NCBI GenBank assembly: GCA_951406725.2 | Contig: OX597823.1 | Span: forward strand, 48,298,001-48,362,000 | DNA from: Octopus vulgaris | Lineage: Eukaryota | Reading direction: 5' to 3' | DNA: 64,000 nucleotides | Shown here: positions 12,467 through 26,325 of the stretch, in pieces | Layout of the letters: each line of letters begins with the position of its first letter | Position numbering within the stretch: the stretch's first letter is position 1 | The notes under the pieces: model-generated | What the model was told of the DNA's origin: nothing | What the model saw: only the letters and a program-made list of their open reading frames with translations | Databases searched by the model: none | Made by a program: the position numbers and the translations under genes

Positions 12467-12894
12467 GGCGCAGGAGTGGCTGTGTGGTAAGTAGCTTGCT
12501 AACCAGCCACATGGTTCTGGGTTCAGTCCCACTGCGTGGCATCTTGGGCAAGTGTCTTCTGCTATAGCCTCGGGCCGACCAAAGCCTTGTCAGTGGATTT
12601 GGTAGACGGAAACTGAAAGAAGCCTGTCGTATATATGTATATATATATATATATATATTTGTATGTGTGTGTATATGTTTGTGTGTCTGTGTTTGTCCCT
12701 CTAGCATTGCTTGACAACCGATGATGGTGTGTTTACGTCACCGTTACTTAGCAGTTCGGCAAAAGAGACCGATAGAATAAGTACTGGGCTTACAAAGAAT
12801 AAGTCCTGGGGTCGATTTGCTCGACTAAAGGCAGTGCTCCAGCATGGCTGCAGTCAAAAGACTGAAACAAGTAAAAGAGTAAAAGAGTAAGAGA
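12467..12894 (+). mobile_element. SINE family B, full length (tRNA head, CORE-like body, internal microsatellite, CR1/L2-type tail)
   Basis: A-box TGGCTGTGTGG, B-box GGTTCAGTCC, CTTGGGCAAGT, tail GCTCCAGCATGGC..CAGTC..GACTGAAACAAGTAAAAGAG. Confidence 0.9.
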
Positions 12895-13605
12895 GTTGTA
12901 AATGTCATTTTAACTATAATTAAACTATGACAATTTAATACCAATGATCAACTTCTAATTGTTAATAGTTGCTCCATTTATTTTCTTATCTATATATGTG
13001 TATATATAGATCATCATCATGATCTATAAATAATATATAAATATATGCATATATACATACATATATGTACATACCTACATTTATATGTATATTTATACAT
13101 GCATATATGGGTACAGGACTTCAAAAAAACGTTGAACACAATGGGAAACGAAAACATAAAAACAAAAACAGAAAACGAACTATTTTCGAACAACGAAAAG
13201 AAAAAACAAAGAAACGAGACATGCAACATAAAGAATATTCCCCTTCTTCAGTTGTCCCTGTTTCATCTACTCTGCATTTCGAAGGCAAGGACAAGACACA
13301 ACTTCGATGAAACAGTCCTTCCCAGAAAGCAAATTAAATAAAATTTGGGATATTTTGCTGAGGGTGAAAGTGGTAACAAGGACAGGACAGTGAGAACAAA
13401 ACAGTAAAAACAAACGGTGAGGGCTGTTAAGCCAAGACGATGGAAAAATTATTATGAATGCTAGGAAGATGAGCTTATGAAGGAGACAGTATAAGCAAGT
13501 TTTGTCTTTACAAAGGTAGTGGGCAGAAAGATAGATTCTCTTTAATCATGTGTCAGTGACGAGAGAGTTGAGGAGGAGGAGTGAGAGAGAGGGAACAGTG
13601 AAGAG

Positions 13606-13637
<32 letters not shown>

Positions 13638-13741
13638 CTCACTAGTAGGTACTTTCACAAGACTTTTCTTTTATTCTAGCCCTGGGCTGACCAAGCCTTG
13701 TGACTGGATTTCATAGATGTAGTCTAAAAGAAGCCTGCTAG

Positions 13742-13783
<42 letters not shown>

Positions 13784-14159
13784 ATACCCAACTAATACTA
13801 ATATAAAGAGCAGCTGTAAAAATGGCGATGATAATGATGAGTATGTGTGTGTATGCATGCATATATATTTGATGAGACAGGGTTATCTATTATTAAATAC
13901 ATACCTTAGTAAAGATTTCATCACATAATATCTGACACACAGTGTATATATTTATAGGGTATTCATCACACTTTAGTACAAACTTGTATTAAGTATTTTA
14001 ATGTTTGCCTATGTAAACCATGACACACATGCATGCATGAATATGCACGTACATACGCACATGCATGCATATGCACATTCACTCACTCACAACACAAATC
14101 CTATGAAAGAGCCTTTGTTACTTTGTTGCCAGCTACTTCTATTTTGAAATATAGATTCA

Positions 14160-14495
14160 TATATTCATATTCACATGTGTGTGTGTGTATGTGTGTATGT
14201 GTGTGTGTGTCTGCGTCTGTGTATGTTTGTGCGTGTGTGTGTGTCTGTGTATGTGCCTGTGTCTGTGTGTGAGTGTGTATATATACTTGCTTGCATACAC
14301 GTATATATATGCATATATGAATGTTTGCATGTATGCATGTATGTATATGTATGCATGTATGTATGCATGTATATATGTATATGTATGCATGTGTATATGT
14401 ATGTATGTATGTATGCATGTGTGTGTATGTATGTATGTATGCATGTGTGTGTGTATGTATGTATGTATGTGTGTATGTATGTATGTATGTATGTA

Positions 14496-14526
<31 letters not shown>

Positions 14527-14537
14527 ATGTATGTATG

Positions 14538-14567
<30 letters not shown>
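14160..14567. repeat. (TG)n/(TATG)n microsatellite
   Basis: Direct reading. Confidence 0.95.
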
Positions 14568-14570
<3 letters not shown>

Positions 14571-15069
14571 CCCCTAAATCCAACAGTGCAATTTACATCA
14601 TCCCTACTTCATATATCACACTTGAATAATTGGTTATTAGCTTGGAATAACTTGGACATAGTTCCTTTATTATTAATTGAGAATGTATTTAAATTCTTAC
14701 CATAAAAGAAACCACATAGAATTATATATAGTCACATACTTCTATGCCCCTAAAGAAAGATAGGTTTACTTAAGCCATCTTCAAAACTACAAAGATTAAC
14801 TTGATGTCATGTGCTAGGCTGTGTGTTATGAATACAGTGTCATTGTAAAGAGCAAGAAGCTGCTCTCCAATGGTGTGCAGAACAGTAGCTTACATATTTG
14901 GTGTTTAAGCCTGCCTGTACTTTTTGGCACAAGGTCAGCAATTTTGAAGGAGGGAATAAATCAAGTACACTGCCTCCAGTACTCAAATGATGAAAGGCCA
15001 AGTTGACCGTGGCAGAATTTGAACTCAGAATATAAGGACAGATGAAATGCCACTAAGCATTTTGCCTGT

Positions 15070-16635
15070 TACAATGAGGTACATGTTGATGCAAAGAAGA
15101 TTCAGTCAGAATGTGTGGAGGACGCAGTATCAGAGGGGTTGTATAAATGTAGAAAGAAATAAGTATTAGAAGAAGGGAAGTAAGAAGAAAAAGAATATAA
15201 GGGAGTGAGAGGAAGGAGGAGCAGGGGGAGGTCAGTTGACTGGTTGTAGATAGTATAGTGGTTTTAGCTGAATCACAGAATTTAGTAATGGGATTGGTAC
15301 TTGAAGAAAAGATAAATTGGAGGGGAGAAGGTGAGGAAATATCTTAGGTCATAAGGGAGAAAGACAGTGTGTATGAATAAAGCAAGGTAGGGTTAGTAAT
15401 TTAAGCCTGGCTAGCTGGTTGTTGGTAGTCAAAGGGTTTTTATGGCAGCGGTGAGCTGGCAGCCATTATGTTCTGAGTTCAAATTCAGGTGTTAGCATTG
15501 GCATTATAATTGTAGTTAGTTTTGTTAAGGGGTCAGAAGGTGCATTGGGTTTATTATGTATGGAGTTGGGGGTTATAGTGAATTAAATTACTAGGGTAGA
15601 GGTTAGCTGTTGGTAGATTTTGGAGATTTTTGTTGTTAAGATTTCGGATAACTCCGGCAATGTTGGTGGTGGAGTAGGATAATTTTATAGATTGGGGGAT
15701 AAATATTTTTCTAAGAGCGTTAGATTTAGGGAAATGTTTTTCGAGCAGGGCAAAGAAGAATCTGGGTACTCAAGTCTGGATGTTAAGTCTGAAGTGGGGT
15801 GGAAACAGATGACATCTTGGGTTTTAGTTGGTTTAATCCGATTAGGGGGTTACCTGGGTAGAGATAGGGTTTTGGAGGTGTATGTTGATGTCTGTTTTGG
15901 TGGGTTGTGGTGTATATAGGATTAGGGGTAGGAGGTAGGAGGTCATTTGTTAGGTCGTTTGCTACTCCAATATTTGGATGGATATGAGAGCGGTGGGGTA
16001 GGGTAGGATTTATGCTTATAATATGGGGGTTAGGAACTGGATTTTGCTCTGGGTTTAGTTGAGAGAAGAATGTCTCACAAGGGCATGTATTCAATTGAGT
16101 GTTTATATCCAACACGTTGTAGGGCACAGTTGTATTATTCAGCATATTGATTGAATAAATCTTGATTAGCAGTTAATGAGATCTGGTAGGACATACTTTC
16201 TACAGTAGACTTTAGGATGAAGTGGGTGGAGGAGAAGTTCATGTGGTGGAGGTTTTCCCCAGGTTTGTGGTATGGGTAGAAGGTTTAGTTTTGTAAGTCT
16301 AGGATAATGTCTAAGAAATTAGCCGTTTTGATGTTGTTACCGAAAGAGATGTTGAGGCCAATGTTTTTAAAGAAGCTTCTTAATCTTTTTTAGTTGTTCG
16401 ATTGTCCAGTTAATAGAATTTTGGATAGTGAACAGAGAGTCATCTCTGTATAGACCACCGGAGATGTTGGGAGATTGTTCATGGAAAGTGTTAACTAGGT
16501 AGAGTTCAATAAGGTCAGTAATTTGGACGAAGTCACTGGCTCCCGTAGGGATGTTAAAAATATTAGGTGTATCTTTGCAGGCCCAGGATTTCCCATGGAA
16601 AAATATATTTTAGCAGGCTGCTAATATGATATCAA
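15070..16635 (-). mobile_element. Decayed Penelope-like element, reverse transcriptase and downstream linker
   Basis: Minus-strand translation FNIPTGASDFVQITDLIELYL...GGLYRDDSLF (YRDD at 16439-16450)...ANFLDIILDL...FYPYHKP, with stops and frameshifts. Confidence 0.85.
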
Positions 16636-17143
16636 TGTGTGTGTGTGTGTGTATACGTGTATGTGCGTGTGTGTGCGTGTGTGTGTGTGCGCGTCTGTGT
16701 GCGTGTGCGAGAGAGAGAGAGAGTGTGTTTATGTGTGTGTCTTTTTGTTTTGATATTTCGTAATAATTATAAATTAATGTCACTGTCATAGAATCAGTGT
16801 CGTTCATTTCTAATATTTCTGCAGAAACATATCTTCCATGAGAAAATATTACCTCTTGCTTGGAAACAGGTAAAGGCTGGCAACAGAAAGGATACCTGGG
16901 TATAGAAAATATGCTTCAATATATTCCATCCAGCGTATGCAACCATGGAAAAGTGGACCTTAAAACAATGATGATAATGTAGAGTGGCAATAATATAAGT
17001 GATTGCAATTGGGAAAAAAACCCAAGAAAATTAGTTTGATTTGTTCATCTCTGTTATTATATGAAAGTGACACTGTTAAGTAATTTACTTATAAATCTTT
17101 GTACTATGGGATGAATACTAGAATATGGTAAATTTTAATTAAC

Positions 17144-17537
17144 ACTACCAGTATCACCCGGCGTTACTCGGGTTTCTTTCGACCCTTTAGAATTGGAATT
17201 TTTGAAAAGTAAAAATTTTACATTATGTAGCTTGTTATTCTCTTTAAGTGAACATTTTTCTGGTTGAAGTACACCAAAAATGGTGACACAGAAGTCAAAA
17301 AATCGTAAAAAATAGGAATTTTCATAGAATAAAAAGCACCTTTTTGATGTAAATAATTTTTGGTGTTAACATGGTCTGATTTGAATTTTTTCTTCTACAG
17401 AAGGAAGAACAAGCCTTCTTTTATCATACTCTTAATTTTGGTCAACTTGTGCCACGGGGTCTCGGAGGAGATAGTGTTAGTTGAAGGCTACCAAACCTGC
17501 CAAACACAGACAACTTCAGCTTTATATATAGAGAGAT
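17144..17537 (-). mobile_element. Non-autonomous Helitron
   Basis: Minus strand starts ATCTCTCTATATATAAAGCTG and ends with hairpin ACCCGAGTAACGCCGGGT followed by CTGGTAG (CTAG-like terminus); no TSD. Confidence 0.75.
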
Positions 17538-19015
17538 TATAAAATAAATGACTTGTTAAGATATAAAATTATATCCTGTATATAAAATGATGAACTGCCA
17601 GAGTCATTAGAGTCTTACAGTATTCTTTGAATCTTTGCATGCTGGGTTCAAATTCCACAGAGGCCATCTTTGCCCTTGGACTCAATATGATACCAGTCAA
17701 TGGCAGAGGACTGATGGAATTGTTACAGTATCTGAGAAGATGTTTCATGGTATTTATTTTGATTCTGTGTAGATGCCTAAAAAGCGACCCCCACCCACTA
17801 CCAACTTGCAAGCTTAGTAAAGGCCTGCAATTTATAGGGGCAAAATAGTGTCCATAAATTTGAGAAGGTGTAGGAGCAGAGATGTCCTCCAGTTGGAGTA
17901 CAATAATAGTGCAGAAAATAATTAGTGCAGAAAATGCCTGATATAGATAAATCATGTAAAATTGTATAAATGGTACACCCTAAATATATATTCATTAGCT
18001 TGACAAAGGAAAAAGTGACTAATACATATTGTCATGTGTTTATTATTCCAGCTTTTCAAAATGTGACAGGAAATACAGAAATATAGAAATTTTTTGTGTA
18101 AAACATAATCATAGAATTATGAAGACAGACACGGAATAATGGCTTGTTTCTACAATGTTGTTGTATCAAAACATTTTATATTTAACTATTTTAAGTCTCC
18201 CTTCTATGTCCTTACATCAAATTGTGAATTATACTGTAAGTGGCATAACCATTTCTATTGGCAAGAGAATACAAGAAGAAGATTTATTTTGGGTTGATTT
18301 GCATATGAAAAGGAAATAAGGAATAAATCTTCTTTAATTGACATATGTTTGACTTTTTACTCTTATGAATAAGTGGGGAAATTCATTCTCTTGCAACACC
18401 ATGGATTTTTAAAAAATATTTATTCATTTTATTATTTTGCAAATTCATACATTAAAATATAATGAGGATATTTCAACCATATTCAATGAAATTAAAATAA
18501 GAAAGAAGTTTTCAAGTAAAAAGACAAAAATTTTTAAAATAAAAGAAATTTCTGATGTATGATAAAATATTTGAATCAAAGAATAGAAATAAAGAAAAGA
18601 TTCAAGCAGTTTTTAATACTAATTACCAAGAAACAGTAAAACTGCTCTCAGTAGTCATAATCAACAGTTCAGTAGTGTTTTAAGAATAAGCAGCCTAACT
18701 CTGCAAGTACTGTTATCTGTTCTGTAGTTTGTTTCATCTTGCCATATGTCAAATTCATATCAATATATTAAAAGACAGGAAAATATCTGTCCAAAAAACT
18801 AGCAATTCTTAATTCTCCATGAAAAGAAATGCAACCAAAATTCAGATGGACTGATAAAAAGATGAGTTTTGATGTTATAATTAAAAAAGGCGATGAAGTT
18901 TGCAAAGATAAAATATTAAAATCAGGATTTATAAAATGGGAGATAATAATTTAAACCTGATTTAGAAAGCCAATGAAGACTGTAACAGCCACAGAAAGAG
19001 TAGAAAACAATATTT

Positions 19016-19050
<35 letters not shown>

Positions 19051-19743
19051 GGAGAGATTTGCTGTAAATAATGTTTGTCGGTAAAAACCACACAACTTAT
19101 AACCATTATTGTTTACTAAATTAAAACTGGTAAAAATAGTCTGGTGATTTCTCTAGAGTAATTGAATTGACCTTACTAAACATAATTATGAAGGAGAAGG
19201 CCTATATGTGGATGCCTAGTCTTAGATGTGATGTGACTGGAAAACAACAAGATGGTCACCACTAGAACTCTTTTATCATCATCCTGCTTGACTGGTGTTG
19301 GCTTGGGAGGAAATATTTGTAATTAAGTTCTTTTATAGTTCTGTAAATGTTAGTGATTTATTCACAATATATAAACACATTGAAACTGGAAAGAGTAATT
19401 ATGTAGGGAATAAAAACTTGTTACCAGTTCAAATATGCCTGAGGTATATTTGAACATGTATGAAAGCCATTCAGTGTATTTTTATATGGAGAAAATTTCT
19501 TGCTGTAGACAGATAGATGTGAACACACTGAGTCAGCTCACAATGGCACCTAACTAGATTGTGGGATGCATGCATTTCAGAATGGTAATCTCTTCTTCAG
19601 CCACAGAGAACAGAAAGTTATTACACTGCAAACTGACACAAGAGACAGGTTCCTCTTATGGGTGAAATCTATTTGTGGGAAATCTATAAAATGACTAAAA
19701 AATTAGTTGTCATCGTCATCATCATCATCATCATCACTATTGC

Positions 19744-19791
<48 letters not shown>

Positions 19792-20455
19792 TATCATCAT
19801 CATCATCATCATCGTCATCATCATCATCTTTTAATGTCCTCTCACAATACTGGCATAGGTTGGGCAGTTTGACAGGAGTTGACCAACTGAAGAGCTGCCC
19901 AGGTTCCGTATTAGAGGTTTTAAGAGACTTACTATGTCTTTTTTTTTCTTTATCTTAAGAGATTACATCATCATCTTCACCCCCATCATTCTCACTTTAC
20001 ATTTGCTTACTATGCTGATATGGGTTGAACAGCTATTGCAACTCACCTAAATGATGTGGGAGGACAATGTGCCCCTCATAAATTTCATTATTGGTTTAGT
20101 TTTCAATGGATATATATCCTTTGTTACACCAGCCATTTCATAGGGTGCAAGGAGTGAATTTTTTCCAGGGTACCAGCAAGGAAGAGGTTGTTATGTTCTT
20201 GACAAAACTGAAGTGTTCTGTTGATCCCTCACATAACAGAAGGCACTGGGAGCAATTTGTTGCACCACAAAGATAAGAGAAAGGGAGTGATGGATAGCAA
20301 GGGATGGATAAACGTGAGATGTTAATCCCAGCTGGTCAGTGGTGGAGTTGGGTATAAGTGGAGTGTATGGAATACATGCACATCTGGGAGGTTCCTGATG
20401 TATATGCACAGGGTTGGATAAGAGAACCATGGTGATAAAGATGTGTGTGTTTGTG

Positions 20456-20486
<31 letters not shown>

Positions 20487-20959
20487 AGAGAAGGAGAGAG
20501 AGGGAGAGAGGGAGAAGGGTAGACGGAGATGGAGTGGGAGAGAGAGGGAGAGTTGTGGAATTTGGTGTGCAGAAACAATGAAGAGTGAACAGAAAAAGTC
20601 CACTGCCATCCTTAATTATATTGGTGACACAAAGAGAGATTAAGAAGAGGAGATAAAGAGAGATTGAAAGATGAGAAATAGGGGAATGATAGCTAGCAGA
20701 ATGAGTAATAAAGGCATATGGGACTAGATAGGGGTATTGGTGATATTGGTGCTACACAGATGAGTGATAAAAGGGATGTATGATAGATAAGTGAGTGATA
20801 TAGGGGTAAGTGTCCATAAAAGAATACATGACTATCAAAATAAATAAGACTAAAAATTGAGTTCAACTCAATGTTAAACTGTTTACAAAATACAGGGTGG
20901 ACCAAAAGTCACGCACCAAAACATTTGACATTTTATTTATATTATGTAATTCTGGCATT

Positions 20960-21276
20960 ACGTTGCTTACGATGACAAGGGTCCCAGTTGATCCAACCAA
21001 TGGAACAGCTTACTCATGAGATTAGCATGCAAGTGGCTGAGCACTCCGCAGACACGCCTACCCCTTCACATACTTGTCAGGGAGACTCAGTGTGACACAA
21101 GGTGTGATAAGTTTGGCCCCTTTAAATACAGGTATTACTCATTTTTACTGGCTGAATGAACTGGGGCAGCAGGAAATAAGGATCTTGCTCAAAGACACAA
21201 TGCACTACTGGGAATTGAACTTGCAAACCTATGCTCATGAGCCAAATACCCTAACCACTAAGCCACATGCCTTCGC
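20960..21276 (-). mobile_element. tRNA-derived CORE-like SINE
   Basis: Minus-strand A-box TGGCTTAGTGG, B-box AGTTCAATTCC, GTCTTTGAGCAAG core. Confidence 0.75.
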
Positions 21277-21332
21277 ACTTTATGTAATTATTATTATTAT
21301 TATTGTTATTATTATTGTTATTATTATTATTA

Positions 21333-22412
21333 TGGTGGCAAGCTGGTAGAATCATTTGCATGTCAGGCAAAAGGCTTAGCAGCATTTGATCCATCTGTAC
21401 ATTCTGAGTTCAAATTCCGCCGAGGTGAACTTTACCTTTTGTCTTTTAGGGTTGATAAAATAAGTATCAGTTAAGCCCTGGGGTTGATGTAATCGACTTA
21501 CTCCCTCCTTTGAAATTTCAGGCCTTGTGCCTATATTAGAAAGGATTATTATTATTATCATTATGGCAGTGAGCTGGCAGAATCGTTAGCAAACCAACAC
21601 CAGGCAAAATGCTAAGCAGCATTTCGTCCATCCTTACGTTCTGAGTTCAAATTCTGCTGAGGTTAAATTTGTCTTTCATTCTTTCAGGGTCAATAAATTA
21701 AGTACAAGTGAAATACTGCAGTCAATGTAAATGACTAGTCCTCTCTCCCAAAATTTCAGGCCTTTTGCCTTTAGTAGAAAGGATTATTATTTGGCAGAAT
21801 TGGTAGCAGGCTGGATGAAATGCTTAGTGGTATTTTATCTGTCATTACGTTCTGAGTTCAAATTCTGCCAAGGGGTCAACTTTGCCTTTTATCCTTTCAG
21901 GGTTGATAAAATTAAGCACCAATCAAGTACTGGGATCAGTGTGATCAGCTTTCTCCATCCCCCAAAATTTCAGGCCTTGTGCCTATAATAGAAAGAATTA
22001 TTATGCGGGTGGCACGTAAAAAGCACCCACTACACTCACGGAGTGGTTGGCGTTAGGAAGGGCATCCAGCCGTAGAAACACTGCCAGATTTGACTGGGCC
22101 TGATGAAACCTTCTGGCTTCACAGACCCCAGTAGAACCGTCCAACCCATGCTAGCATGGAAAACGGACGCTAAACGATGATGATGATGATGATGATGAAG
22201 GCAGCGGGCTGGCAGAATCTTTAGCACTCTGGGCTAAAGTGCTTAGTAGCATTTCCTCTGTCTTTATGTTCTGAGTACAAATTCTGCTAAGGTCAATTTT
22301 GCCTTTCATCCTTTCAAGGTCGATAAATTAAGTACCAGTGAAACACTAGGGTCAATGTAATCAACTAGTTCCCTCCCACCAAATTTCAGGCCTTGTGCCT
22401 ATAGTAAAAAGT
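21333..22412 (+). mobile_element. Tandem array of four family-A SINEs plus one RTE 3' end (about 22005-22198)
   Basis: Repeated TGGCAGAAT...GAGTTCAAATTC...TTTGCCTTTCATCCTTTC...TTTCAGGCCTTGTGCCT units with (ATT)n tails. Confidence 0.9.
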
Positions 22413-22443
<31 letters not shown>

Positions 22444-22451
22444 CCACCACC

Positions 22452-22563
<112 letters not shown>

Positions 22564-23213
22564 CTTTTGTTCAGCATGTACAAGTATGTGTGTATTAAAC
22601 ATTATCTTATTTATTTTATTCACTTTCAGGAAAATTAAAGCATGTCTTTGACAAATACGGAGCATATTAAACTTATTTTGTGCATGACTTTTGGCCCACC
22701 CCATACATTTCCTTTTATACATAACTAAATTATTTAAGACTTTTTTGTTATTTGCTTCTTAATCTTCACTTTGGCACAAGACTTATTTTTGTCTTTTACT
22801 TGTCTCAGTCATTGGACTGTACCCATACTGCAGCACCACCTTGAAGGGTTTGGTCAAACAAATTAAACCTAGTACTTGTTTGCTATTTGTTTGGTTTTTT
22901 GCTTTTTGCTTTTTTTTTTAAGTCTGGTACTTACTGCATCAGTATCTTTTGCTGAACTACTAAGTTATGGGGACATAAACACACCAGCACTGGTTATCAG
23001 GTGGTGGAAAGTGACAAACACAGACACAGAAGCACACACACACACACATACATGCACATGCACGTGCACACTCACACACACATACATGTATATACACATA
23101 TACATACATATACATATATATATATACATACATATACATATATATACATACATATACATATATATATACATACATACATACATACATACATATACATATA
23201 TATATATATATAC

Positions 23214-23257
<44 letters not shown>

Positions 23258-23591
23258 CCAGCCTTGCCTGGCCCCCGTGCCGGTGGCATGTAAAAAGCAC
23301 CATCCGATCGTGTCTGTTGCCAGCCTCGCCTGGCCCCCATGCTGGTGGCACCTAAAAAGCACCATCCGACTGTGGCCATTTGCCAGCCCTGTCTGGCAAC
23401 TGTGCTGGTGGCACGTAAAAAGCACCCACTACACTCACGGAGTGGCTGGCGTTAGGAAGGGCATCCAGCTGTAGAAACATTGCCAGATCAGACTGGTCCT
23501 GGTGCAGCCTTCTGGCTTCCCAGACCCCAGTTGAACCGTCCAACCCATGCTAGCATGGAAAGCGGACGCTGAATGATGATGATGATGATGA
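23258..23591 (+). mobile_element. RTE-LINE 3' end with three ~61-bp tandem units and (GAT)n tail
   Basis: Same 3' sequence as 60170-60545. Confidence 0.85.
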
Positions 23592-23609
23592 TATATATAC
23601 ATATACATA

Positions 23610-24473
23610 CAGGGTGCAATGGGTAAAGTGTTACAATTTAATACTTTTAATTTCGTGCATGCACATTGTTTGTTTTTGATTTTCTGAACTACACAATATA
23701 GTAGGGTAAGTTGGGCACCGTCTGTGAGAAAAACAGCACAATGATGCAATTCACTCTGCCAGAAATTTGGAAATGATAGGCTGTACTGCTTGGCATTCAT
23801 GCCGGAATCTCCAATATGAATTGGGGACAGTGCAATCTGAGGACATATACCAAGAGTGATAAAAATCAAACATCTAGTCAACATTACAGTGTTTGAAGTG
23901 ATCACTAGCGATGGTGACGTTATGCTTCATTTCATCTTCCCACATGGCCTCAAACTCAACACGGAAGCCTACATCAAGTGCCTGGATGAGGTTAGTGCTG
24001 CCTTGGGTCGAAAGACTGGCTGCTGGAAGACCCTATGTCTGGCAATAGGACCTTGCACCATGCCACACAATCAGGAGATCCCAGTCATGGCTGTGAGACA
24101 ATATCTGTGACCACATCACCCCTAACATCTGGCCACCTAACTCCCCAGACTGCAACCTCTTTCATTATTATGTGTGAGGCACAGTTGAGTGAGGGATTAA
24201 TAAAACTCCTTGTAACACAAAGATGAACTGAAGGCAAGGATTATGGCAGTGTTCACCAACTTAAACAAGGAGACCATCCAGAAGAGTTGCAGGAGATTCT
24301 GAAGTCATCTGTGGGCTGTGGTTGAAGCCAATGGCAATTTTATTGAATAAATTTACTCATCAGTATTTCAAGATATCTTTATGCAATTTTGGTAAATATA
24401 TCTGTTAAAATGAGTTGTTAGTGTTATTTTCATTTTTGCATTATTTAGACAACAATATGTTCACTGCACCTTG
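23610..24473 (+). mobile_element. Internally deleted Tc1/mariner-superfamily transposon, maT (DD37D) type
   Basis: TA-flanked TIRs CAGGGTGCAATG / CACTGCACCTTG; decayed transposase PYVWQ*DLAPCHT...IWPPNSPDCNLFHYY with 37 residues between the last two catalytic positions; ends VEANGNFIE*. Confidence 0.88.
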
Positions 24474-25936
24474 TATATATATATGTATATTTTGTTTATA
24501 TATTTTGTGCTACTTCTAATTCATATTTGAACATGTGTGTGTGTGTGTGTGTATGTATATATATCCGTAGATATATACATTTTTAAAAGGGTTGAATGTG
24601 AATTTGTACTTTAACTGGAGTAGTTTCCAAAAGATTTCTAACGTTGTTTCTTCATACTTTACATTAATTTACTGGTGTAAATTAGTGTAGATATGAAAAG
24701 TTATATAAGTATATTAAGTATATGATTTAACTTATGAAACAAAATTCAACAAATTCAATCATATTTTATGTAAATGGAGGAGATTAGATGTTAATATGGA
24801 TTGAAATTATTTTTTTGTATTCATGTAGGTATATGATCGTTTCATATCAAAAGACAATAAATTAATTTTAAGAAACTGAGTTGTCAAAAAGTACTCATCA
24901 TATTAACTTCTAATCTCCTCCATTTGCGTAAAATATGATTGAATTTGTTGAACTTTGTTAAATTAGTTAAATCATGTACTTTATGTGTGTGTGTGTATGT
25001 GTGTGTGTTCGTGTGTGTGTGTGTGTGTGTGTGTGTATACATATATATCTTCAAATATTAATTAAAAGCAACTTGAGGTATATAAACAAGATCAAACACA
25101 CATACACAAGGTGTGAGTGTCGTTACTTCGTTGGGTAGCCACATTTTCTTTTAGGCACAAGAGAATATATTCTCAATACCCCTGGTGTGAATCACCTGGA
25201 AGTAAGTCATAGACAAGTGAGACAACTCACATCAAGTCCCTTTTTTTGCAGTGTGACAGACATCGATGTTTCATCATTGTTTTGATTTATGAATGCTACA
25301 TAAATCTCAACAACTATGACCATATGCTAAATGGTGTAAAAAACCATCTGCTAGCATGTCCTACCATTTCATGCCACAGAAGGAATTCAAATATGAATTA
25401 GAATTCTTCCCATTACATGAAATATATGCATAGATGCAGGTGTGGATGTGTGGTAAGAAGCTTGCTTCCCAGCCATATTCTTCTAAGTTCAGTCCCATTG
25501 CATGGCACCTTGTGCAAATGTCTTTTGCTATACCTTCAGTCCGACCAAAGTCTTGTGAGTAGATTTGATAGACAGAAACTGAAAAAAGCTCATCATATAT
25601 ATATATATATATATATATTGGTAAAAATGGCAAGATAGCAAAAGAAAGAAAGAGACCTTGATATTATGTAAATAAAGGAATTTATCTGTAAATGTAATAT
25701 GTGACAATTATTCGGTAGCCAAGATAAAACTCTGAGTTTCAGATGCCGAGGTGGAAATCCATGCTGTTGTGATCCCACAGATCATATATTTGAAATACAG
25801 ACTTTTCTCATAAATTTTTAACTTATACTAAAAGCCTTTCAGAATCCTTCTTTTTCAGAATTTTCTCTCACTGGTAATCTCTTAAACAATCAGAAAGTAC
25901 AATTCAAATTGAACATTAACCATCTTTTTATTTTTT

Positions 25937-26325
25937 AGTGAACGAATATGGCCTAGCAGTTAAGGTGCTGTACTCATGGTCACTAGGTTGTAGGTTCAAT
26001 TCCTGAACCAGGTGGTGTGTTATGTTCTTGAGCAATACACTTCATTTCACATTGCTCTCGTGCTGTGTCATGACCAGTATGTCAAAGAATAGAGCCAGCG
26101 TTTCTTCTGTGTGTTATAAAAAGAGGTTGAGCTAGGATTTGCACTCCGACTTCATAAAACTCTTACTAGCAATGACTACCCAAACAGAACCACAGGCTGG
26201 AGGGTTGTCGATTGAGTGGTGCAAAGGCATCATCTGCCAGGGGTAGCAGAGAATCACTAACAAATGGTGGGTGCAGCAATGTGCTGTTGCAACACATAAC
26301 CCTGTGCTATTACAACTACTACTAC
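25937..26325 (+). mobile_element. tRNA-derived SINE with (ACT)n tail
   Basis: TGGCCTAGCAG A-box, GGTTCAATTCC B-box, CTTGAGCAATACACT core. Confidence 0.65.

Noticed and set aside
12467-12540. tRNA gene
   Set aside because: A and B boxes only; no full cloverleaf, and it continues into a SINE body present in many copies
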